NCBI GenBank assembly: GCA_963787255.1
Contig: CAWBCJ010000029.1
Span: 512,001 to 576,000, forward strand
DNA: 64,000 nt
Direction: 5' to 3'
Origin: Methanobacteriota archaeon
GTDB taxonomy: Archaea > Methanobacteriota > Methanobacteria > Methanobacteriales > Methanobacteriaceae
Under the pieces are notes generated by a model, which saw only the letters and a list, made by a program, of their open reading frames with translations, did not search any database and was not told the origin of the DNA. Shown in pieces: positions 44,726 to 55,558 of the stretch. Numbering within the stretch: the stretch's first letter is position 1; the number at the start of each line of letters is the position of its first letter. Position numbers and translations under genes: made by a program.

Positions 44726-45454
44726 TCAGTAAGTCTTTCCAATGGAACCGCTTTTAATGGTTATTTCTATTTTTTTACTTTCAAAATCCTTTAATTCGTC
44801 TCCTTTAAGTGAAGATAACATTCCAATGGAGGTATTTCGCACAAATGTTTGGACAAAAGGGTTCATTGGAATAGAAAGGCCGTCAATTTTAAGTTCAATA
44901 CTTCTTTCTTTTTTCATTGCACATGCGGTTTCAGCCACTTCTCCTTTAACCATTGCTTTTGCAAAATCCTTGCATCTACCATATCCACAATCACCACAAT
45001 TCATTTCAGGTAATCTACTATAACTACGTTCTTCTATCAAATCAACTAATGATTTAATTTCTTCATCTTTAATTTTAAATGGATCTACCTGTTTTATTAT
45101 ATAATCGTCATCCATTGAGGATACTGATATTTTGGCATAATTGGAATATTTAAATCCTTCAACTACAAGATAATCAAGTTTTTTCATGCACTCGACCATT
45201 GTAAGAATGTCATCTATCTCCAGACGTCCGTTTAAAAGGAAAAATGTTTCATCTCCTGAGCCAACTATAAGCTCTGCGCCGGCATCTTTATGTTTAAAAG
45301 TATCTCTACCTTCAACATCAAATTTTCCATGGATGTGTTTAACTGTTCCAACATTAAAACCACGATTTACAAGTTCTTCAACGATTTTAATGACTAGAGT
45401 AGTTTTTCCAGTATCTTTAGTTCCTACTACGCTAATAATTTTCATGAATAACAC
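44726..45454 (-). CDS. mobB: MobB with C-terminal Fe-S domain
   Basis: G.KDTGKTT, VKH, VEGFK and NCGDCGY..C motifs. Confidence 0.9.
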   Translation of the reverse strand: MLFMKIISVVGTKDTGKTTLVIKIVEELVNRGFNVGTVKHIHGKFDVEGRDTFKHKDAGAELIVGSGDETFFLLNGRLEIDDILTMVECMKKLDYLVVEGFKYSNYAKISVSSMDDDYIIKQVDPFKIKDEEIKSLVDLIEERSYSRLPEMNCGDCGYGRCKDFAKAMVKGEVAETACAMKKERSIELKIDGLSIPMNPFVQTFVRNTSIGMLSSLKGDELKDFESKKIEITIKSGSIGKTY

Positions 45455-45875
45455 CTTTTAAAAATAAACTATGATATTTATTTTAATTATTATTAATATT
45501 AAGTTATTCTTTTAAATGAAGTTATTGGAAGAGAATTCCATATGCATCCCGATTTTGTTATAACAATTCTTCACTATTATGCATAATTTATGTATTGAAA
45601 TGTTTGACTTAGAAACCATTATGTTTATACAGATATTGAAAAAGCGCTTAATTTGATAAAAATGGAGGATTCAATGACCTCACAAGAAGAAGAGAGATTA
45701 TTAAAAAGATGTCTTTCCAGAGAGATGGTAGATAAGATGAAAAATGGAATGTTTAATTCTTCGCAATAAATCTGATTGGGATTGATCTGGGTTTTATTTT
45801 TCTTACTTTCGATACGTTTATATATCCATATCGCATAGTAGATAACATCAAAATTAATGTAAGGAGTGATCAATT

Positions 45876-46067
45876 ATGCCAGTGATTATAGACACCGAAA
45901 AATGCGGGAAAATCGAAAACTGCCCTGGAGAAGGATTATGCATAAAGATATGTGAAAAAGGAGCGCTTATAGAAGAAAATGGGGATGTTGTTTTAGTCCC
46001 TGAAAACTGCGACGACTGTGATTTATGCATTCAAAACTGTCCAAATCAAGCAGTATCCAAGAGCTGA
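45876..46067 (+). CDS. fwdH: Ferredoxin-like formylmethanofuran dehydrogenase subunit H
   Basis: C-CPGEGLCIKIC and CDDCDLCIQNCP; directly upstream of fwdF. Confidence 0.8.
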   Translation: MPVIIDTEKCGKIENCPGEGLCIKICEKGALIEENGDVVLVPENCDDCDLCIQNCPNQAVSKS

Positions 46068-46072
46068 TTGAA

Positions 46073-47083
46073 ATGGCATCTGTAAAGAGAAACGGTGACC
46101 AAAAACGTTCTTTAGAACATAAGAACGAAAAATGCGTGGGATGCGGCATTTGCTCAGATATATGTCCTACAGAATCTATTAGATTAGGGCCAGTCCTTCC
46201 AATAGCGAGAGGACTTGTAAAAATGGATTACATAAATTTAAATAAAGACAAATGCGTTTTATGCGGTCTTTGCGCTTCTGCATGTCCTTTTGATGCATTA
46301 GAATGTAAGATAGACGATAAGGACATTAAAGAAATGGAAGAGTACCCAAAGTGGGAGCACGAAGCGAAAATTGATGAAGAAGCATGCATATACTGTGGAA
46401 ATTGCGTAAAAGCCTGCCCAAGCGATGCCATTTACATGAGCAAGACAATGCCTGAAAGATCAAGCCTTGTAATGGGCGAAGCAGATATAGACCAAGAAAA
46501 ATGTATATACTGCGGAATGTGCGAGGAAATATGTCCTGCTGAAGCTATATCCATAGAATCAAGCGATTTAACTTCAAGCAATCCAGAAATAGCAAAAGGA
46601 ATCAGTATTGATGAATCAAAATGTGTTTACTGCGGTCTTTGTAAACGTATATGTCCAGAAGATGCAGTAAGAGTTGTATGTACTACATGTATGTACAGAG
46701 ACGATATACCTGAGCCTGAAATTACTGGAGATATAGTTTTAGACGAGGAAGATTGTGTAAACTGCGGTTGGTGCCAGGAAATATGTCCAACAGATGCTGT
46801 AGTGGTGACAAAACCATTTGAAGGTGAGATATATCTGGGCGAGGATGCAGAATGTAAAGGGGATTCCTGCCATGCATGCAAGGATGTGTGCCCATGTAAC
46901 GCTGTAAGCATCGTTGATAATAAATCGACCATAAATTCTGACTTATGTGTATTGTGCGGTGCATGTAAAAAAGCATGTCCTCAAAAATGTATCGTTATTA
47001 AGCGAGAAAAGATAAACCTTAATAATATACGTTCTAAATCATGGGAAAAGCGTCTTTCCACGTTGATGGATGAAAATGCGTAA
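46073..47083 (+). CDS. fwdF: Polyferredoxin FwdF
   Basis: Eight [4Fe-4S] motifs, LGPVLPIARGL, C.TCMY and KPFEGE. Confidence 0.9.
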   Translation: MASVKRNGDQKRSLEHKNEKCVGCGICSDICPTESIRLGPVLPIARGLVKMDYINLNKDKCVLCGLCASACPFDALECKIDDKDIKEMEEYPKWEHEAKIDEEACIYCGNCVKACPSDAIYMSKTMPERSSLVMGEADIDQEKCIYCGMCEEICPAEAISIESSDLTSSNPEIAKGISIDESKCVYCGLCKRICPEDAVRVVCTTCMYRDDIPEPEITGDIVLDEEDCVNCGWCQEICPTDAVVVTKPFEGEIYLGEDAECKGDSCHACKDVCPCNAVSIVDNKSTINSDLCVLCGACKKACPQKCIVIKREKINLNNIRSKSWEKRLSTLMDENA

Positions 47084-47156
47084 TATTTTGTCTATTTCTT
47101 TTTTTCTTTTTTTTAGAAAAATGATTTAAAACTTAAAATAAAAAAAAGAATTGATG

Positions 47157-47366
47157 TTATTTTTTCGCAACCATAACTTCACTGGCTTTAATTACTGCAA
47201 AGACTTCGTCTCCTTCTTTAAGACCTAAATCTTCAACAGCTTCCTTGGTTATACTTGCAGTTACTGTTTCAGGGGAGTCTAATTTTATTTTTATTGAGGA
47301 ACTTACAGGACCTTTATCAACCTTTTCAATTTTTCCTTTAAGGATATTTCTTGCACTTATTTTCAT
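47157..47366 (-). CDS. mop: Mop/molbindin (TOBE) molybdate/tungstate-binding protein
   Basis: MKISARN.LKG...SIT..AV..L.L..GD.V.A.IKAS.V. Confidence 0.92.
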   Translation of the reverse strand: MKISARNILKGKIEKVDKGPVSSSIKIKLDSPETVTASITKEAVEDLGLKEGDEVFAVIKASEVMVAKK

Positions 47367-47489
47367 AATATCACCGTTACTAATATAAGTTGATAATACT
47401 AAATAAACTCTTTGTTATTATTATTTGAAATATCTCATTTTAAATTTCAAATTTTGCACAAAGTATTTATAGTACGATATGTGATACTA

Positions 47490-47620
47490 TGCATTACGGT
47501 TCCACACAAACTGAGGTCTATAAATGATTTCGGTTTCAATTATTTAATTTCATTGTTTACCAAAAACTTCCGGAGTCCAGTTGAGTCCCATCTATTCGGG
47601 CTTCGGCTTTTTATTTTTTT
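47490..47620 (+). ncRNA. Candidate small RNA or leader ending in a G-U-containing hairpin and U-tract
   Basis: TATA-like AAAGTATTTATA at ~47460; stem 47570-47578 pairs with 47598-47606; T-run follows. Confidence 0.3.
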
Positions 47621-47770
47621 CATTTTAAAAATGAATAATATTTCAGATATTATAAAATAAATGAAGTATTGTATGAAATTGAATTTATGCTCCCTTAATG
47701 ACTTTAAAGGAAGCATTAATTCAAATTTTCATGCATACGCCTACCAAATAACGGATGAAAAAATAGTAGC

Positions 47771-47794
47771 CGTTATGTATCTATATATAACTCG
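47771..47794. promoter_or_regulatory. ModE-like inverted repeat upstream of tupA
   Basis: GTTATGTA-TCTA-TATATAAC. Confidence 0.4.
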
Positions 47795-47887
47795 TTTAAT
47801 ATACTTTTCTATTTTTATCAAGACGACACGATTATATACATAATTCAACAAATATTACTAATAAGAAAACAGGAGGTAGGATATATA

Positions 47888-48814
47888 ATGAATACCCGAA
47901 ATATTGCAATTATTGCAATTATAATAATAATTATTGCAGCAGTAGGAATATACGCCTATTCTGCAATAAGTAACAGTCCAGATACCTCTAAACTTAGAAT
48001 ATCTACAACTACAAGTTTAGATGATACTGGATTATTAAAGGAGTTAGAAGCGGCATATGAGAAAAAATACCCTGGAGTGGACGTTCAAGTTGTATCTGGA
48101 GGAACAGGTATAGCCATACAGTACGGTGAAAGAGGAGACGTAGACCTCATGCTTGTCCACGATAAAAATAGGGAAACAAAATTTGTTAGCGACGGGTTTG
48201 GTACAAATCGTACAGAATTCGCTTACAACTACTTCTGGATAGTAGGTCCAGCAAGCGACCCTGCAGGCATTAAAGGAATGAACGCTACAGAAGCATTTAA
48301 AACAATAGCTCAACAGGGACAGACAAATCCTAATGTTATATTCGTATCACGTGGAGATGCATCAGGTACAAATGCAAGAGAATTACAGATATGGAAATCA
48401 GCAGGAATAGACATCAATAAAACCAAAAATTCAAGCTCATGGTACATAGAAAGCGGTAAAGGTATGGGAGATACTTTAATAATTGCCAATGAGAAGCAAG
48501 CATACACCTTAAGTGATTCTGGAACATTCCTGTCATTTTCTAAAGATGCTAAAATAACACTGGTGGCACTAGTTACAACAGGAAAAGAACTTTTAAACAT
48601 TTACACTGCAATACCCGTTAACCCACAGAAACATCCAAAAACAAACATAGAAGGGGCAAACAACTTTGTAAACTTCTTGGTTTCACCAGAAGGACAGCAA
48701 ATAATTGGTAACTACGGTAAAGGAACAGTCGGCCAGCCACTATTTACACCAATACCAACCAATCCAATACCTGCACTAATTACCCCATTAGTAATTAATT
48801 CAGTCCCTGCATAA
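47888..48814 (+). CDS. tupA: Tungstate ABC transporter substrate-binding protein
   Basis: TTTS tungstate motif, GTG.A, SRGDASGT and YTLSD. Confidence 0.93.
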   Translation: MNTRNIAIIAIIIIIIAAVGIYAYSAISNSPDTSKLRISTTTSLDDTGLLKELEAAYEKKYPGVDVQVVSGGTGIAIQYGERGDVDLMLVHDKNRETKFVSDGFGTNRTEFAYNYFWIVGPASDPAGIKGMNATEAFKTIAQQGQTNPNVIFVSRGDASGTNARELQIWKSAGIDINKTKNSSSWYIESGKGMGDTLIIANEKQAYTLSDSGTFLSFSKDAKITLVALVTTGKELLNIYTAIPVNPQKHPKTNIEGANNFVNFLVSPEGQQIIGNYGKGTVGQPLFTPIPTNPIPALITPLVINSVPA

Positions 48815-48933
48815 TCAGGGGCTAATTCCTTATTTTTTTAATGTATTTAGAAACTTTCTTGACATGCAAAAAATACTTCTACGAAAAAATCCTATTAAAA
48901 TATTGAAAATAGTATCATTTTTTTGGTGATCAA

Positions 48934-49626
48934 GTGGCGAATGAAATTATCGGGGCAATTGAACAGGCAATATACTTAATAGTCTCGTTAAATCCAGAAT
49001 TAATTGAGATAACAATAAGAAGCCTTTACATTTCACTTTCAGCTACTTTGATAGCTTCTTTAATAGCCATCCCCATTGGTGGAATGATTTACTACTATGA
49101 ATTTCACGGTAAACGTACAATAATTAATCTAATTCAAACGCTTTACAGCGTTCCTACAGTTATAATTGGACTTTTTCTTTTTCTGTTGATTTCTCAACAG
49201 GGCCCTCTTGGAAATTTGGACCTTCTTTTCACCCCTACAGGTATGATAATAGGTCAGGTGTTGTTAATACTACCTATTCTTATAGGATTTACAATCACGG
49301 CCCTTATAGGCGTTAGCGGCCAGATAAAAGAGTTGGCAATATCTCTTGGTGCTAGTGCCTCCCAGACCATAATTACCATTATAAAAGAAGCGCGTTATGC
49401 CATAATGGGGGCAGTTATACTTGGTTTTGGAAGGGCTATCTCGGAGGTAGGAGTAGCTATACTCATAGGGGGTAATATAAGGGGTTTTACAAGGGTGTTT
49501 ACCACAACAATATCTCTTGAAACTTCTAAGGGCAATATAGTACTTTCAATAGCTTTAGGATTTATACTGCTTTCCATTGCTCTTGTTATTAATCTGATAC
49601 TGAACTATTTGCAGGGTAGAGAGTGA
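48934..49626 (+). CDS. tupB: Tungstate ABC transporter permease
   Basis: GFGRAISEVG...GGNIRG.TRV.TT. Confidence 0.93.
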   Translation: MANEIIGAIEQAIYLIVSLNPELIEITIRSLYISLSATLIASLIAIPIGGMIYYYEFHGKRTIINLIQTLYSVPTVIIGLFLFLLISQQGPLGNLDLLFTPTGMIIGQVLLILPILIGFTITALIGVSGQIKELAISLGASASQTIITIIKEARYAIMGAVILGFGRAISEVGVAILIGGNIRGFTRVFTTTISLETSKGNIVLSIALGFILLSIALVINLILNYLQGRE

Positions 49627-50693
49627 ATATAATGAACATAGTGGAACTGGAAAATATCTACAAAAATTACGGGGATCTGCAGGTATTAAAGGATATAAAT
49701 TTGAAAATTAAAAAAGGGACCAGCACCGCACTTGTAGGTCCTACTGGTTCTGGTAAAACGGTTCTGCTTAGATTAATTGATTTACTGGAAAAACCTTCCT
49801 CTGGAACAGTTTATTTTGAAGGTACTGATGCAAATGAATCCAATAAAAGACGTTTAGAGATAAGAAGGCAAATGGGAATGGTTTTTCAAAAACCACTTGC
49901 TTTTAGGGGCAACGTTTACGATAATGTGGCGTTTGGTTTAAAAATAAGGGGCAAAACAAAGGATATGGATAAAAAGATTAAAGATATCCTTGAAGTTATT
50001 GGTCTTGCAGGTTATGAAAAAAGAAATGCACTTAAATTATCCGGAGGAGAAACACAGAGACTTGCACTTGCACGTGTAATGATTACAGATCCTAAAATAC
50101 TTCTTCTGGATGAACCAACTGCAAATCTCGACCCTTTATCTACTGGTAAAATGGAAGAATTAATTACTAAAATCAACAATGAAACTGAAACTACTATCCT
50201 GATGACTACACATAACCTTTCCCAAGGCCAGAAACTTGGAGATAGAATGGTTATACTAAATAATGGTCATATTTTTCAGACTGGAACACCAGATGAAATA
50301 TTTAGAAAGCCAAAGGATAAATTTGTGGCCGATTTTATTGGAATTGAAAATGTAATGACCGGGAAAGTTATTGATAGCAAAAATGATTTGGTCAGCATAA
50401 AAACAGATTCAATTACTATATTTGCAGTAACTGAAAAAAGGGGAAATGTAAATCTTAGCATAAGGCCCGATGAGATTACAATATCCAATGAAAAAATTGA
50501 AACAAGCGCAAGAAATAATATCCAAGGTAAAATTCAAGAAATAATCGATACAGGATCACTTATAAGTCTCATTATAAACGCTGGAGAGTTATTCATTGTG
50601 TATATAACACGTGAATCCCTTAAAGATCTTGTAATTACTATAGGGGCTCCAGTATGGATGCATTTCAAGGCTTCTGCTGTTCATGTTTTTTAA
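49623..50693 (+). CDS. tupC: Tungstate ABC transporter ATPase with TOBE domain
   Basis: Walker A GPTGSGKT, LSGGE and C-terminal SARN TOBE. Confidence 0.9.
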   Translation: MNIMNIVELENIYKNYGDLQVLKDINLKIKKGTSTALVGPTGSGKTVLLRLIDLLEKPSSGTVYFEGTDANESNKRRLEIRRQMGMVFQKPLAFRGNVYDNVAFGLKIRGKTKDMDKKIKDILEVIGLAGYEKRNALKLSGGETQRLALARVMITDPKILLLDEPTANLDPLSTGKMEELITKINNETETTILMTTHNLSQGQKLGDRMVILNNGHIFQTGTPDEIFRKPKDKFVADFIGIENVMTGKVIDSKNDLVSIKTDSITIFAVTEKRGNVNLSIRPDEITISNEKIETSARNNIQGKIQEIIDTGSLISLIINAGELFIVYITRESLKDLVITIGAPVWMHFKASAVHVF

Positions 50694-50704
50694 ATCATGA
50701 AATA

Positions 50705-51820
50705 TTATTCTAATTCTGCTTTAGGAAATATTTTTTTCATAAAAAAATGAGTAAATATTCCTGCAACAAATCCCACCGCCATATTTACTAGAAGTGAACC
50801 TGCCACAGTAACAATAAGAGGAATAATAGAAGCTTCAATTTTAAGGTCTTTGGCGAATTTTAATAATCCAATACTTACCATGATCATCATAGCTCCAATT
50901 ATTGCACCGGGAAATCCTTTAAAAAGAACCACAATAGAACCTGCAAAGAAAAGACCCAAAATAATGTAAATTAATCCTTCCATGATATTTGCACCGCCAG
51001 TTCTCGCTCCAAAGAAGTATTGGCCTGCAAGACCTCCTGCGCCATGACATAAGGGCATACCTCCAAAAAATGGCAATGTTATATTCATAAAACCAATACT
51101 TAAAGCAATTTTCTTTTCTGGAACTACTCTTTCAGGGAAATATTCTTTTATAAGAATAGCAGTTGCTATCACCGCATTTGTGGCAGTTAGGGGTATTTGA
51201 GCAAAACCTATAGCAACAATAGATTCCCAAATTTGATTTAGTGAGAAACTAACTGGATGGGGGATGGTTAGTTGGGGTCCTCCAATGGAAAGAAGTGTAC
51301 CTTGAAAGAACATTATAATAATGCCCATTAGAAGTAAGATAATTGCCGCTGGAGCATATCTATTGTTTCGAAGAGCTAAAATTATGATAATGCTTATAAT
51401 AACTAATATCCATCCTCCTTGAATAAATTTAAGAGCTTCAATTGCAAGTAACAAAGCCAATGATGCTTGAATGCCCTGCACTACTGATTTAGGAGTTATT
51501 TTGGCAAACCATGTCATTAAACCTGTAGCTCCAATAAACAGCCAGATTATTCCCATTCCAATCCCTGAAGCATATATTAATGACGGCTGCCAGCTGGATG
51601 CTATTGCAAAAACCGCCAGAGCCTTCATAGGTTCAATAGGCATGGGAATTTTAAAATATAAACCTGTGGCAATATTTGCAATACCCATCATAACCAGAAA
51701 TCCGGTAGGATCTAAACCACAAACTACAATATAACCTATAGCTAAAGGAAGAAGAGTCCCATAATCTCCGGTAGCTCCAGCAAGTTCCTGTAAATTGAAT
51801 CTGTAATCTCCAAATTTCAT
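50705..51820 (-). CDS. MOT1-family molybdate transporter
   Basis: GA.GD.GT..P, P.P.EPMK, QIPLT..N and PLCHGAGGLAGQY.FGARTG motifs. Confidence 0.9.
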   Translation of the reverse strand: MKFGDYRFNLQELAGATGDYGTLLPLAIGYIVVCGLDPTGFLVMMGIANIATGLYFKIPMPIEPMKALAVFAIASSWQPSLIYASGIGMGIIWLFIGATGLMTWFAKITPKSVVQGIQASLALLLAIEALKFIQGGWILVIISIIIILALRNNRYAPAAIILLLMGIIIMFFQGTLLSIGGPQLTIPHPVSFSLNQIWESIVAIGFAQIPLTATNAVIATAILIKEYFPERVVPEKKIALSIGFMNITLPFFGGMPLCHGAGGLAGQYFFGARTGGANIMEGLIYIILGLFFAGSIVVLFKGFPGAIIGAMMIMVSIGLLKFAKDLKIEASIIPLIVTVAGSLLVNMAVGFVAGIFTHFFMKKIFPKAELE

Positions 51821-51961
51821 AAAGATAAAACCATATTATACTATAAGAAAAATATTTAATACAATTTATCTGGACATGTATATAAAAACATGTTGAATAA
51901 AAAATAATAAGTTATATTATTCAAAAAATGCATTTTTATTATAATAAAAATGATGATTTAC

Positions 51962-52742
51962 TTATATTTTTAAAGGAATGCAAGCAGTTCTATGATCCAT
52001 ATCCACAATTTTTACCTTAATTCCGTAAGCTTTTTCCATATTTTCTTCAGTAATAACCTCTTCTGGAGTACCAATATCTATAAACTCAGTCCCCTTCATT
52101 ATCGCCACCTTATTTGCAGAAATAAATGCATGATCAGGAAAATGAGAAGACATTACTACAGAAAGACCGTCATCTGCTAATTTTTCTATAATATTCAAAG
52201 TACGTATCTGATTTCCAAAATCAAGGTGTGAAGTAGGCTCATCTAATAAGTAAGACACTAGGTTCTTGGGTTAATACTCTTGCAATGAAAACAAGTTGTT
52301 GTTCTCCTCCACTAATCTCAGTGTAAGGTTTATCTTTCATATGATACATATTAAGAGATTTTAAAGCTCCTTCTGCTATCTTAACGTCTTTTTTTGAAGG
52401 AGAAGAAAATGTATCAATATGCGGCGCTCTTCCCATTAATACAACATCTAAAATAGTAAAAGGAAACGTAGAATTATGCATCTGTGGAATATAACCCATA
52501 TTTTTAGCTATTTCAGAATGATTCAAAGAATAGATATCCTGCCCATTCTAAAAGGACATTGCCCTGAATTTAATTTCATTAGACCATTTAAACATTTAAT
52601 CAAAGTTGTCTTTACCAGTACCATTAGCTCCTAAAATGCAGAAAACATCTCCTTTTTCGACTTCAAAGTTAATATCTTCAAAAATATTATCATACTGGTT
52701 ATAGGAAAATGTTCCATCTATCATTTCCATTAAATGCCTCAT
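51962..52742 (-). CDS. Type II ABC importer ATPase (MolC/FecE-like), several indels
   Basis: ILGANGTGK, YIPQ, ISGGEQQ, LDEPTSHLD and SSHFPDHA split across frames; ATG overlaps the permease stop. Confidence 0.82.
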
Positions 52743-53777
52743 GACCACACTTCCTTGCTTTTCATCAGGAGATATAAAAAGAACGGTGCGCCTATTATGG
52801 CAGTTAGAATTCCGAGGGGAATTTCAGTGGTTGTAAATGTTCTAGCAACATTATCAATTAAAAGAAGGAAAAATGCCCCTAAAATAATGCTCGCTGGTAA
52901 AAGTACTTTATGATCGGGACCTACAATCATCCTAGCAACATGAGGTATTACTAATCCGACCCATCCAATAATACCGCATATACTAACTGCTGAAGCTGTA
53001 ACAATGGTGCAGCAGATAATTATAATTGCTTGTAATCTTTTTGTATTTACTCCTAAGTGTCTGGGCTTCTTCTTCACCCATAGAAAGAACATTTATCCGC
53101 CATCGCACCATTAAAAGGATAAATGTTCCTATAAATATCGGGATGCCCATTATAATTATGTCCTGATTATTTACTGCTGCAAGACTTCCCATAAGCCAGA
53201 AAACAATGGTTTGAAGCTGTCCATAGGGATCTGCAACATATTTTATTAGAGAAAGTAATGCAGCAAAAAATGATGCAATGGCAATGCCGCATAAAACCAG
53301 AGTAAGCATTGATGTTCCCTTAAAAGCTCTTCCTAAAAAGTAAGTTAGTCCAACAGCTATTAAACCCCAGAAAAATGCTGAAAACTGTATCATGAACACA
53401 CTGGCTGAAAAAAGGATTGCCAGAGCCGCACCGAAACCTGCACCCGCTGAAACACCGAGTTTATCCGGAGAAACCAACGGATTCTGGAACAATCCCTGAA
53501 AAGCAGCCCCTGCAATTGATAAAGATGCACCTATCATCATAGCTGCCAGTATTCGAGGCAGTCGTATATCAAAAATGATTGTATTTACAGTAGCAGGTAA
53601 TGTGGAGTTAATAAAAAATAATTTGGACATTAAAGCCATTATCACTTCATTTGGAGATACAGGATACCTACCAACTAGAAATGAAATAAAAAATAGAAGA
53701 ATCAGGGGAATTAGCATTAATGCAGTCACTGATATTTCATGAGACGTAATTTTATCCCTGATTTTCAATTTAAACAA
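52739..53777 (-). CDS. FecCD/MolB-type permease, frameshift near 53055
   Basis: RLPR, NPLVSP, IVFWLMGS, GWVGLVIPH and EIPLG motifs. Confidence 0.85.
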
Positions 53778-53800
53778 CTATTATTCACCACTGGATTATT

Positions 53801-54871
53801 TTAGAATTCCTTTAGTCCTGAAGAGCTCAATATATCTGTTACTTGTCCATCTGTAAGGTTATAATGGTAGAAGTTTGAATAAAATTCTTTAGTAAGTCCT
53901 TTTAGATCCAAATCTTTAAATTTATCGGGATAAAGTACTTTAGCTGTCCATGGAATCCCCATAATTGTGTTAGCACCTGGCGGACCTTCAAACCAGTTAA
54001 ATGGAGATTGAGGTACCATATAAACCTGTTTATTTTTAACAGCATTTATGGTCTGCCACTGCGGGTTTGAATAAACGCTTTTGTAGAACTGCGAATCACT
54101 GGTAATGATTACATCAGGATTCCATTGTAGAATCAGTTCCATGGAAACACCCATACCTCCTTTGGATACAGGAGCCTGAACAACGTTAATTCCTCCGCAA
54201 ATATTTATTAGATTTACATGTTGCGTTCCAGGGGCATATGTTTTCAAACCATTAGGATCCTTTGCATAGTACACTTTCTTTTTCTCATTTTCAGGAATAG
54301 TTACCACGGTACTATTAACCTGTTTTAAAACCTTGTTATAGAAATTTGTTAGATTATTTGCCCGTTCCTGCTCTCCAAGTACTTTTCCAAGGAAATTAAT
54401 TGAAGGAACTATACTGGTTAAATTGTTATCTCCTTCAACATCTAAGGCTGGAATTTGCCCAAACTTTTGCTGCAGTTCGTTAACATCATCAACTGTGCCG
54501 CCATGACCAATTAGTACAATATCTGGATTTGATGAAATAATTGATTCATAATTGGCATCTTTTTTCCCTCCTCCAAGAACTGGAAGGTTTTGATATTTAG
54601 CGGGCATGTAAAGATTTTCTTCTTTAGATCTTTGAGTATCCCAGCCCACCATTTTATCCGGTGCAAGCATGAAAAGCTCTACTGTGGTTGAGGCGCTAAG
54701 AGAATAAACCTTATTTATTTCAGCAGGCAGGTTGACATTTCTCCCAATCATATCTGTAATTTGATTTCCTGAGCTCGAGCTGGACCCTTGATAAGCCATG
54801 TATGCTCCAATAACGCCAATAACTGCTATAAATGCGATTATTGATAGAATAATGATTTTTTGATTTTTCAT
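53801..54871 (-). CDS. Class III (helical backbone) ABC substrate-binding protein
   Basis: TDMIGRNV.LP, NPDVII and PFNWFEGPPG...G..WTAK.LYP motifs. Confidence 0.88.
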   Translation of the reverse strand: MKNQKIIILSIIAFIAVIGVIGAYMAYQGSSSSSGNQITDMIGRNVNLPAEINKVYSLSASTTVELFMLAPDKMVGWDTQRSKEENLYMPAKYQNLPVLGGGKKDANYESIISSNPDIVLIGHGGTVDDVNELQQKFGQIPALDVEGDNNLTSIVPSINFLGKVLGEQERANNLTNFYNKVLKQVNSTVVTIPENEKKKVYYAKDPNGLKTYAPGTQHVNLINICGGINVVQAPVSKGGMGVSMELILQWNPDVIITSDSQFYKSVYSNPQWQTINAVKNKQVYMVPQSPFNWFEGPPGANTIMGIPWTAKVLYPDKFKDLDLKGLTKEFYSNFYHYNLTDGQVTDILSSSGLKEF

Positions 54872-55020
54872 AATGAATCGTTTTCCCTTTTGATTTTAAG
54901 ATATTTCATTTTATGCGATATGGATTAATAAACATATTGGAAATAAACATTATTTAGAATAACATTAATTGGATGTTCGTGCGAAATTGTATTATGCATT
55001 AAATTGTAATATTGGCTATT

Positions 55021-55480
55021 TATTATGGCGTAAAACTAACCCCGAAGTTGGAGATAAGGTAATTCACACCTTTAACAGGGTAATAAATGACAAGGCATTG
55101 ATAAAGATGCAGTTTTTCACTTATGTGATGCTAAAGGCGTTGAATTTGATGGTGCAAACGTAGATCAAGGAAACTAGACTTATAATTCTAGTACTAGGAT
55201 CTTAAACTGGAATTGGGGTGATTTAACAGTTGATGATCATTACTTATGGCTTGATTTGAGTATATTACGTGCTAGGGCCTTCAACATAAACATGTAGTTG
55301 TTTCTACTCTGGATTAACGGGAATATTAATTCTTTAATGGTTAATGCAGTTTCTGTATATAAGTACAAGGAGCACGCAAACTACTACTGTACCTATGCAT
55401 GCTACTGATATGCATATATTAGATTTAAATATGGCTTTGTTACTGGTTGGTAGTTGAATGGGTTTAGGTAAGAGAAAAAA
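55021..55480 (+). pseudogene. Decayed 3' fragment of a DUF11 adhesin gene, paralog of 55559-55948
   Basis: KTNPEVGDKV..., FTYV, GANVDQG and VPMHAT, with stops and indels. Confidence 0.7.
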
Positions 55481-55558
55481 AAACTTTTTCCTTTTTTATT
55501 TTTCAGCGATTTTGAAGCATTTTGTTCTATTTCAAAATATTAATCCTATTAACTTTTA

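Noticed and set aside
45610-45770. Short ORF between mobB and fwdH
   Set aside because: No convincing start context or motif.
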